Below are positions 48,116 through 59,100 of a stretch of 64,000 bases of DNA, one piece after another (within the stretch, counting starts at the first letter, position 1; every line of letters starts with the position of its first letter). Source of the DNA: Candidatus Latescibacterota bacterium (lineage in GTDB: Bacteria; Latescibacterota; UBA2968). The stretch lies in contig OZ242195.1 in the NCBI GenBank assembly GCA_965205975.1, forward strand, positions 1,536,001 through 1,600,000, read 5' to 3'. The notes below the pieces were generated by a model, which was not told the origin of the DNA, did no database searches, and worked only from the letters and a program-made list of their open reading frames with translations. Position numbers and translations under genes: made by a program.

Positions 48116-49551
48116 CGGTGTTGTCCTTATATTAGTTGAAATAGTAGAGGCTCCAATGTAAATTGGAGACAGCAGATTCAAACCGTGAAAACGCTGTGTC
48201 CACAACCAAAGGAGCCCGTGATGAAAAAAGTATCGCACAAAGCCCCCAAAGTCAAGGCAATCCACAAAGGCGATGCAACGTTTGATACACCCGTTGAAGA
48301 GGAACTGGGCGCACTGGATACCCGCATCGCGCTGATCCAGGCCTTGATCCCATTAGGATTAGACGCCGTGGCAGAAGAATTGCAGGAGGAAGTGAGCCGC
48401 TTGGCCGGGGACAGATACAGTCGCAAAGACACCGAAAACCCCAATCGTCGGTGGGGCAGTCAACAAGGGTCTGTGTATCTGGCCGATCAAAAAGTGCCGA
48501 TCTCTGTACCGAGGGTACGTAATGTGGAGAGGGATGAGGAAGTCTGCCTTGAGACCTATCATCACCTCCAAGTTCCCAGACGTATGGATGAAGGGCTGCT
48601 CCTTCGCGTGATCAAAGGCATTGCGACTCGGTCTTATCAAGCCTGCGCTGAGGCGATCCCGAAAGCCTTTGGGCTGTCCTCATCAACGGTATCGAGACGT
48701 TTTATCAAGGCGTCGGCACAAAAGCTGAAGCAGTTCCGTGAACGCTCTCTATCGCAGTATGACTTGGTTGCCCTCTTTATAGATGGCAAGACCTTTGCAG
48801 ACCAAGAGATGATCATTGCTCTGGGCGTGACGATAGAAGGGCACAAAATCCCAATAGGCTTTGTCCAGGCTGCCACTGAGAACGAACGCGTCTGTCGGCA
48901 GTTTATACAGTCTCTCATCAATCGTGGCTTGGTCTATCACAAGGGCCTGCTGTGTCTTATTGACGGCTCAAAAGGCTTGTATGCTGCCCTTACAAAGGCA
49001 TTGGACGGTTACGTGGTCATCCAACGTTGTCAGTGGCACAAGAGAGAGAACGTGCTTTCCTATCTGCCTAAAAATAAACAGGATCAGATCAAAAAGGCCC
49101 TACAAAATGCCTACGACCAGCCCACCTACAAAGATGCTAAAATGGCACTCTTATCCCTCAAAGCGGAATTGGCCTTGATCAACGAAGACGCGCTCTCCAG
49201 CCTTGAAGAAGGAATAGAAGAAACCCTTTCCTTGCATCGCCTCGGACTGATGCCGCACTTGAAGCAGTCCTTTCGTACGACAAACTGCATTGAGTCCATA
49301 AACTCAATGGTCGCACAAATCACACGAAATGTGAAGAGATGGACAAACTCGAATCAACGCAGGAGATGGTTAGCCACCGCTCTGCTGGACATTGAACCCC
49401 GATTGCGAAGGGTCAAAGGTTACAAAAGCCTACCCAGGCTCAGGCGCGCACTGCACAAGCACTTGAAACTCGATACAGACTGGCAAGACGCAATTGCTGC
49501 GGATTGAAAACACCGGCCTCAATTATTTCAACTAAATATAGGACTTGACCC
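48116..49551 (+). mobile_element. IS256-family insertion sequence
   Basis: Imperfect terminal IRs (left CGGTGTTGTCCTTATATTAGTTGAAATA; right, reverse complement, GGGTCAAGTCCTATATTTAGTTGAAATA) around a transposase. Confidence 0.8.
48221..49507 (+). CDS. IS256-family (mutator-like) DDE transposase
   Basis: VPRVR, LFIDG, IDGSKGL, QRCQWHK, TTNCIESIN motifs. Confidence 0.92.
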   Translation: MKKVSHKAPKVKAIHKGDATFDTPVEEELGALDTRIALIQALIPLGLDAVAEELQEEVSRLAGDRYSRKDTENPNRRWGSQQGSVYLADQKVPISVPRVRNVERDEEVCLETYHHLQVPRRMDEGLLLRVIKGIATRSYQACAEAIPKAFGLSSSTVSRRFIKASAQKLKQFRERSLSQYDLVALFIDGKTFADQEMIIALGVTIEGHKIPIGFVQAATENERVCRQFIQSLINRGLVYHKGLLCLIDGSKGLYAALTKALDGYVVIQRCQWHKRENVLSYLPKNKQDQIKKALQNAYDQPTYKDAKMALLSLKAELALINEDALSSLEEGIEETLSLHRLGLMPHLKQSFRTTNCIESINSMVAQITRNVKRWTNSNQRRRWLATALLDIEPRLRRVKGYKSLPRLRRALHKHLKLDTDWQDAIAAD

Positions 49552-49877
49552 ACTCTATCTGTTGCAGTTGTATTGTCGTCATCTACGACGGTTAGACGAA
49601 ACACCAACACCTGGTATCCTTTGACTTTGGGTGCTACAAAAGATGCAGATGCCTGATTCGCGTTTGAGATCGACACAGAAGGACCCTCAACCTGTTCCCA
49701 ACGATAGGCCTGAATCGTGCCGTCCGGATCCGATGCACTGCCGCGGAGCCTCACTTTATCGCCTGCGGCAACCATCAGATCGGGGCCGCTGGCTTTTACA
49801 TTGGGCAACTGGTTTAACTCACAGCCTGCGAACAGGGCAACCGTCGCAATCAACATGAACATGTTGTTGTGTCTCAT
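49552..49877 (-). pseudogene. Lipoprotein with PKD/REJ-like Ig domain, truncated by IS256
   Basis: Lipobox LFAGC; GPDL.V..G..V.L.GSASDPDG.I..Y.WEQ..GP...F.LTVVDD; frame runs into the IS256 right IR. Confidence 0.75.
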
Positions 49878-50101
49878 TTTACTCCCTCCCCTGAGAGAGG
49901 TGTTCCAAGCCGTTATACTCGTATTCTCTAATCGGAGTGATGTAAAAGTGTGCCGATAGGGGTAAGCAAGCGGTCCATATAACTTGATACCCCTATCAGC
50001 TTACGCCGGGAAAAGGTATTATGGGAGGACCAAAACCCGGCGTGTGCTTGCGTGATAGAGCTGCATTATCGCAACCCTGCACGTTATTTCAACAGCCGCC
50101 G

Positions 50102-53100
50102 CTACCAGCCTATTGTGGCGCGTCCAGTAACCCCGTTATCCGCACCGATAGACAACGGACTCGCGCGCCGATGGGCATCGAGGTTCAACTCAAACCTCAA
50201 ACCCTCGCTAACGAGTGTACCGATGCCATAACCAACGCGGTAATCCCGACCTTGAGCCGAGGTCGCAAAGCCCAAACGCGGCGTGCCCACAAAGCGCCTG
50301 CCCAACGCCAAACCATACCCCAGATCCGCATCGAGACGGTTGCCCGTCGCATAACCACCACCCGCTATGCCCGACATCGTGGGCCGACCCCACAACGCCT
50401 CGGCTCCGCTCGTCGCCTGACCGCCCCACGAAGGCGACATACGCATCGTCAAACCCAATGGCGTCGATGGACTCGGATTGTAACGCAAAGACACCGCCAT
50501 ACCGCGCTCACGGTAGCCTTCCGCCTCGTGGATCAGCAACGTCCGCACGCGCATATCTACCTCCAGACCCGTCAAAGGATCCGAAACGACCAGACCCCCT
50601 GCGATATCCAGACCCGATCCTGTCTCGGCATCGCCCCCATCGTGACGAAGACCAACCATCACGCTCGGAGATAGAGACAATCGGCTCCGGAACGTCAGGG
50701 CATGAGATCCCTCAAGTGCTGTGCGCACACGGCTTACCACTGAACGCGTCGCTGCCAGATTGCCCGAAGAACCAGATACTGCCTCGCTCGACGTACCTAC
50801 CCACAACGCATCGGCCTTATACGACAACCTGAAACCGTCTGCGCTCCTGCCGATCAATTCGCCGCGCGTGCCCACCGCCGCCAGCGACATCGACAGACCC
50901 GCCGACAGTTGCGAGGCGCCTTCTTGACTCAGCAGCATACCACCCACACCGTAGCCACCTACTGCCCACACCGTCATCCGATCCGTCAAACGATAGCCCA
51001 GCCACGGATAAAGACCCGTCACCGACGAAGCCACACGACCACCACCCACCCCACCCGTGTAACTGCCCAATCCCCAACTGCGAGACAAAGACAAGCCCAC
51101 CAGAAAAGGTCCCTTCGCGTAGTCAGTACCGAGCATCGCCGTGCGAACAGTGCCATCCAGACCCAGATCATCTTCGCGACCAAAAAAGGACGACCGCGCA
51201 CCACGGCTCCAGAAAGAGAACACGCCTCCCCGATCCATCTCACGGTTAAGCGTAAACGACGAACCCGTCAGCACATCGCCCATCCTGAAAAGCGACCTCA
51301 GCATGCCTGCAAGACCAAAGGAAGAGCCAGACGACGCCATCCCTACATCGCGCCGCCCCAACGACGGGTTGTGTGACCCATACCCGCCGAGGCCATACAC
51401 AAAGCGATTCGCCACATCCCTGACCATATCCTCAGCACGACCCAACTGATGACCCGCCAAACGCCCCTCAAAACCCGACTCACGCCGTGCCTGCAGACGC
51501 TCCTCCACATATTCCACCACCTGCAACGCCGCCGTCCGACCAAACCGCGCAAGCAGGCCCTTAGGCATTGGATCGATGTTCTCAATGGTGCCAGTTGCAT
51601 CCGCGTCGGAGAGATACGCGTTGCCGCCCGACGCGTTGGAGAGCGTCAGCGTGAACGTCTCTGAACCCTCGTCAATGGCATCGTCGAGCACTGGCACCGA
51701 AATTGTCTTCTCTGTCTGTCCCGCATCGAACGTCAGCGTACCCGACGTAGATGTGTAGTCCACTCCGACCGTTGCCGTGCCGTCAGAGGTCGCATAATCC
51801 ACTGTCACGGTCTCCGACAAAGCCCGACTCAGCGTCACTGCAAAATCGACTGTCGCATTGGCAGCCTCCTGCACGCTCGCATCCGCCACAGACAACCCCG
51901 GCGGCCCCTGAACTGTCGCCGATACTGCCCCCTGCAACTGACGACCATCGGACGTCTCCACGGCGCCAGCCGGCAGGCTGATCGTCACCGCATCATACGT
52001 ATCCGGCGCCACCGTGATCTCCCAACCCTGGTTGTTGCCCGACACGAGACGCCCCGCCTTCGTCACCGCACCCCCCGTCACCGTGAAGGCATTATCGCGC
52101 AGCGTCCGGTAGCTAAGACCCACCACATCCTCACTGAAATGCAATTCGAACTTGAACGCACTCGACCCGTCGTGGGACGACGGCACATTTCCGAAACTCG
52201 CTGTCAACGGCTCGGGTTCCGTATCGGGCGGCTGATTCTGGACGGTCTGTGCCACCGTCGCCGAAACCGTCTCCGAAACTGTCGCCGACAACGGGCGGTT
52301 ATCCTCGGTGCAGATCGCACCGGTCTCCCCACAGTCTGCCGCAAGCAGTGTGATCGTCACATCCTGATCATTGTCGGGCGTAACCGTCACATTCCACGCC
52401 TGATTCTTCCCCGTTTCCTGGCGCCCTACCCCGGTGAGTTCCCCATTGGTCACCTGCAGCGCGTGATCGCGTAGCGTCCGGTAGCTCAGGTTGAACTCCT
52501 CGGAGAAGTGCAACTCAAAGGTGAACGCGGATTCGCCGTGGGAAGCCGGCAGTCCCTGGAACTCCGCCGTCAACGGCTCGACCGGATCGTTGTCTGGTGG
52601 GTCGTTAGTTGGGGGAGACCCTGCGACGGTGATGGTGGCCTCGCCGCTCCAGCCTCCGGAGGTGCCGCTATATGAGGCGCGTATCTTCACCTTGTATTCT
52701 TCTCCGTCCTCCAGACCCGTGATGGTGTAGGAAGGCTCGGTGGGATAGGCATTGCCAGTGTTGTCGGTCCAGGTCTTGTAACCCTCGTCCTGCTTTGCCC
52801 ATGTTATGCGGTAGTTGGCCGGAGCCTCCGTTGGTGCTTCCCAGGAGGCCTGGATGGTTCCGGGCGTGTCTGCCGTCAGGGTAATGGTTCCGATGTCGCG
52901 GGCACCGCGCGGTTCTTCCGGTTCCAGCACGACGGTATTGCCCGAAGGTGGATCGGCCGAATCGTCGTTGTTAATGGTCCCGGTCGCAGTCGCATCTGAG
53001 AGATACGCATCGCCACCCGATGCGTTGGAGAGCGTCAGCGTAAACGTCTCTGAACGCTCGTCAACGGTATCGTCAAGCACCGGCACCGAGACCGTCTTCT

Positions 53101-56100
53101 CCGTCTGTCCCGCATTGAATGTGAGCGTCCCGGACGTAGATGTGTAGTCCTCCCCAGCCGTCGCCGTGCCGTCCGAGGTGGTATAATCCACCGTCACCGC
53201 CTCGGTAGCCGCCGGGCTGAGGGCGACGACAAATTCTGCCGAGGCGTCGGTCCCCTCCATCACCGTCACGTCCGCCACAGAGAGTTCGGGTGCGTTCCCG
53301 AAGGCCACATCCGCCACCCTGCCATCAGTATCCTGAATGGTGACCCCATTCAGCGCGATCTCATTTGACACGATCCTTACCTGCTGCGACCCGTCGTCCG
53401 AGGCGGTCACCGGGTATTCAAATCGCAGGATATCGGTTGCGGAACCACTCACAAACGCCGCCTCGCGGCGCGTGCCGTCAAGGGCGATGCCGACGGTGGC
53501 CTTCGCGTTGGAGGAACTCTGCACCTGCACCGGGCGGATGAACCGGACCTCCACGACCACAGTCTCGCCGGTGTCCCAGGTGCCGTTTGCGCCAGGCTCG
53601 GAGGTCACTGTTGCGCTTATCGCGCCCGAAGGCTCGTCGTCCAGGATATCACCGGTTACATGTGCTTCCGCAAGGTATGCCTTTGCTCCCGAGTGGTTCG
53701 ACAGCGTCAGGGTAAACGACTCGGCATGTTCGCTCACCGAGTCGTTGAGCACCGGCACCGAGACCGTCTTTGAGGTCTCCCCCGGGACAAAGGTGAGCGT
53801 GCCAGAGGTTTCCTCATAATCTTCCCCAGCCGTCGCCGTGCCGTCCGAGGTCGCATAATCTACCGTCACTGTATCTGCCACCGCCCGGCTCAAGGTCACC
53901 TCGAATGCCGCCGTGGCATCTGCCGCCTCGGTCACTTCGGTATCCGCCACCGAGAGCACGGGCGGACCCTTGATCCGTGCGAAAAGCCGGTTCGACAGCT
54001 TCCGTCCGTCTTCTGTACACACCGCACCCTCGTCATTGCAGTTCTCGGTCGGGTTAATCGTAATGGTGAAGTCCTCGGTCGCGTATTCGGCATCGGATTT
54101 CCTGCGTTCCACCACGACCCCCCAGCGCTTCCCACTCGGCGGATCGAGCTTGTACCCCCTTTTCGCATTGTAGGCGCGCGGACCGAGCCGCATAATCAGC
54201 GTCTCTAATCGCAGCGTCATATAGTTGTAGCTGCTTGCGGGTTCCTCGCTGAACACAATACGGAATTCGATCGGGCCGACGCCGTCATGGACCTTCGGGA
54301 GGCTGCCCTCCTCGAATTTTACCGTGAACTTCGGTGCGGGGATCTTCGCCGTGATCGTCGCCGAGGCCGCGCGGTTGCCCGCCCTGTCCTGTATCGGGTT
54401 CTCCGAAGGCACCGCGTAGCTCACCCTCACAGAATCGCCGGGTGCCGCCGCCGAGGCAAACCTCAGCATCACGGTCAATCCGCTCACCACGACCGGATCG
54501 CTCGACGCCAGATCCCGCGTCTGACCGCCCACCGTCACGGTGAACGCATCCACCCCCGGCGTGGAGGTCTCGTCAAGCGCTTCGCTATACGTCAGCACCA
54601 CCGAGTCCCTTCTCGCCACGGCAGCCTCGAACGCCGGCGCCGTGGTATCACTTTCCGGTGTGTGGTTGGTCACTGCCTGATCGCTCAACGCCACCACCGC
54701 GTTGCCCGCCCTGTCCTGTATCGGGTTCTCCGAAGGCACCGCGTAGCTCACCGTCACAGAATCACCAGACGCCGCCGCCGAGGCAAGCCTCAGCATCACG
54801 GTCAATCCGCTCACCACGACCGGATCGCTCGACGCCAGATCCCGCGTCTGACCGCCCACCGTCACTGTGAACGCATCCACTCCCGGCGTGGAGGTCTCGT
54901 CAAGTGCTTCGCTATACGTCAGCACCACCGAGTCCCGGCGCGCCACGGCAGCCTCGAACGCCGGCGCCGTTGTGTCACCTTCCGGTGTGTGGTTGGTCAC
55001 TGCCTGATCGCTCAACGCCACCACCGCATTGCCCGCCCTGTCCTGTATCGGGTTCTCCGAAGGCACCGCGTAGCTCACCCTCACAGAATCGCCAGACGCA
55101 ACCGCCGAGGCAAGCCTCAGCCTCACGCGCCGCCCATCTACTGCCACCGGATCGCTCGACGCCAGATCCCGCGTCTGACCGCCCACCGTCACGGTGAACG
55201 CATCCGCGGCCGGTGTGGCGTCCTCGTCGAGTCCATCCCTGTACAATAGTACCAGTTGCGCGCCATCCACCTCCGCACGCAAAAACGCCGGCGCAGTCTC
55301 ATCTACTGCGTTCGGATCACTCGGCATAATATCCCAAAACGCCCTGTTCGACAGGGGTCGCCCGTCCTCGGTGCAGATCGCCCCTTCCGCGTCGCAGTCG
55401 GTGGTGGGTAGCAATTCGACCCGAATCGTCTCGTTGTACAGCGGCTTGATCCAGAACACCCAGGTCTTTGGCTGATTATCTTTGGGGAACGCGTTCGTGA
55501 CCTCGCCGTTGGTACTCCGGACCGCATCCCGCATGGCCTCGCGCGAGGTCGTCACCGGATAGCTGAACTCGGCGTTGAGCGCGAACAGCTTCGAGCCGTC
55601 GTGCCCGTCGCCGTACCTCTGCCACTGAACCGTAAGCGGAATGCTCGCCGGTCCCTTCACGCGGACTTCCGCACCCGACGACAACTTGCGCCCGTCCGTC
55701 GCGCACAGCGCGCCCGAGTCGCCGCAGGATTCGGGTGGTGCGACCGATAGAACCACGTCCTCGATCGAGGACGGCGCCACCGTGAGCCGCCAACTGTGGC
55801 GGAGTCCGATCTCGTGCTCCGCCGACCGTACCCGACCGCCGGTGACGGCAACCGCCCTGTTGGCCATCATCCACTTGCTCAGGTCGGTCGCCCCGTTGAA
55901 ATTGAGCCACACCGTAAAGTCTTCCGAGCCGTCGTGCGCCTCCGGCGTGTCGAACTCGGCCGTCAGCGGCGGCACGGTCCCCTGAGAGATCGTCGCCGTT
56001 ACCGCTTCCTCCAGGGGCCGGTCGTCCTCCGTACACACCGCGTCCTCGGCGTCGCAGTCTGTCGTCGCTGGCAGTTCAACTGTCACGTCGCCGCCCGTCG

Positions 56101-59100
56101 GCTCGAGCGTGACCTCCCAAGCCGCGTTCTCTGGACCCTCGCCATTCAACCGGCGCGCCCGCGTTAGCTGGCCGTTTGTCACGCTCAGGGCGTGGTCGCG
56201 CATTGCAGTCCACGACACAGCGGTCGCCTCGCTGAAGCGCACCTGCAGCACGAATGGCCTGCCCGCGTGCGCCTCCGGCGCGCCCTCAATGGTCGCCGTC
56301 AACGGCAGCAGCGACGATGATAGGACAGTCGCCACGACCGCGGCAGAGAGCGGGCGGGCGTCCTCCGTACACACCGCATCCTCGGCGTCGCAGTCTGCGC
56401 TCGTCGGCAGCGTGATGGTGACGTCTTCATCGACGTCCGGCGTAATGGTGATCTCCCAGTTGTGGTTCTTATTTGACACCAGCCGGCGCGCCGCCGTGAC
56501 CTCGCCGTTCGTGACCGAGAGCACATCCGACTGCCCGTTGCTGCCCATGATCTTCTGATGGCTCACCGAGACGTTCTCATCGCTGAACACGAGCTCGAAC
56601 TTGAATGGATTCCCGCCGTGTATCGCCGGCAGTTTCCAGAACTGCGCCGTCAATGGCGCGGACTGGCTCGTTTCCAGTTGCGTGCCGACCCGGCTCACTG
56701 GCTGACTGAAACTCTCGGCATCGACGCCTGCCCGGTTTTGCAGTGCAAGTTCGTCGTCGCCTGCGGTGGGATCGCTATAGGTGACGGTCACAGTTTGCGC
56801 GGACGCGGGAATCGCGGGCGAAATGTCCAGCGCGATGGCCCTATAATCCGAACCCGAGCCACGCACGCCAGTGACCGTTGCCGACGCGCTGTCGTAGGTC
56901 ACCGCAAACGCCTCCAGCGCGGGAAGCGCGTAGAAATCAATCGCCCGGGTGAAGCGCAGGGAAAGCTCGTCGCCTGCGGCGTTGAGTTGCACCGGACCCA
57001 CCAGCACCGGTGCGGCCGGGTCCGACACCGTCGAGCCGTTGATCGCCGCAAATCCGGAAAAACTCTCCGCGTCTTCGCCGCTGCGGAGTTGCAACGCGGC
57101 GTAGTCATCGCCATCGGTCGGGTCGCGGTAACTCACCGTGACTGTCTGATGCGCTTTGATGGGGAGAACGAACGACAGCCGTATCCATTGGTCGGAGGCC
57201 GATGCCTCGATGCTGGACACGAGATGCAGGACGCCGTCGGCGTTCACGATAAAGGCACTTTTCGGCGGTGTCCGCCCCGTTCGGTTGTCGAATGCCCGGT
57301 CGAAGAACAACTGGAGTTGGTCGCCTGCCGACGGTATCGTCGCCGACTGCGGAGCCGGCGGCTGGAGGCCGATGACCCTATCCGTGACCGCCGCCGACAG
57401 CGGCCGGTCGTCTCCGGTGCATACCGCGCCTGTGGCGTCGCAGTCCGTCGTCTCGGACAACGCGACTGTCACGTCGTCTTTTCCGTCCGGCGTGACAGTG
57501 ATGCTCCACGTTCGGTTTTCTCCCGCGACGACGCGGCTCGCCGCGGTCACCTGACCCCCCGTGACCGACAGCACGCCCTGCTGCCCATCGCTGCCCGTAA
57601 CGTCATCGAGGCCGAGCGAAACTTCCTCGCTGAAGCGCAATGTGAATGTGAACGCATCCCCGACATGGTGTGCCGGCATCCGCACAAATTCTGCCGTCAG
57701 CGCCGTCACTTGCGTCGTTACCGGCACGGGGTCGTCGTTGAGGATGGTGGCGATGCCCCAGGCGTCGGCAATGTACGCGTTGCCGCCCCGGGGATTCTCC
57801 AACTTCAGCCTGAAGGTCTCGCCGCTGTCTTCGAAAAAGTCATCGAGCACCGGTACCGAGATGTTCCTGGTGGTCTGACCGGCGTTGAAGGTCAGCGTGC
57901 CCGAGGTGTGCGTGTAGTCCTCCCCCGGGGTCGCGCTGTTGACCGGGACGGTCTCATAATCCACCCTCACCTGCGCCGTCGCCGCCGGGCGCAGCGTGAC
58001 CTCGAAGTTTGCCCTGGCTCCCCTGGCTTCCCGCACCGTCGTGTCCGACACGTAGAGCGCGGGCGCATTGGGATTGGGCACATGTATGGCCTCCAGGTTG
58101 AAAAAAACGGGCGCCTGGTTGCCATCCTGATCCAACACGCCGGGCGGCCGCGGACTGACCACCTGTGCGCGGTCGTAGGTCACATACAGACTGGCCCCAT
58201 TGCGCACGTCCTGATCGGAAACACCGCTCCCCAGTCTCAGTTTCACCACCCGGGGCCTGCCCAGGTAATCGTCGATGATGCTGATTTCGTCAACCGCGAA
58301 GCCCGAGGATTGCGAGCCTGTAAAATGCACGTCATACAGGTACTGCGCATCGCTCAGTCTCGAGTTCCGGTCGAGGTCGCGGTTGTAGTGGACGTAGATC
58401 TCGACTCTTCCCGAAACCTTGCGCCAGGTGAGGGTCTCGCCCCACTGCGCCAGCGGATAACCCGGGCGCGCAGAATACGACCACGCCCCGTTACCGATCG
58501 GATTCTCCCAGCGCACCCGCACATCGTAGGCCAGCCCCTGTGTCACCGGCGCGGAGGTCACCGAGTGTCGCTCATCCGGCCCCTTGCGCCGCCAGTTCCA
58601 GAAATCTCTCGCCTGCGACCACCTGTGGTCGGACAGCTTGTATTGCAGGCGGTACAATTTTGCCTCGTTGGTGCCAGCAAAGGACACCTGCAGCCGATCC
58701 GCGCCGCGCTCCTGCACGGTTTGCACCATCAAATCGGCCGGTGCCGACGGCACACGGCGGATGCCGCGCACCCGGTGGACCGTCCGCTCCCGGAGACCGC
58801 TGCCGCTTACTTGAGAGCACAATGACCCTAATGTATTGCAGGGCAACGGCTCCAGCGTCAGGGTCAGGTCTTCGCGACTCGACGGCTCGATCTGCAGCAC
58901 AAACAGTGTATTATCGGAGAACGTCTCGATCGAGGACACCCGTCCACCGACCACCCCGATGGCGCGGTCCGGGCCGATCAGGTCCGTCAACATCGGTCCG
59001 GAGAGATAGAGGGTCCTGTTTCTCGGACCGGTGAAATCATCTATCCGCTCGTGTACGCGGATGTTATCCGTGAACCGTATGCGAATTTCGAACGACTCGC

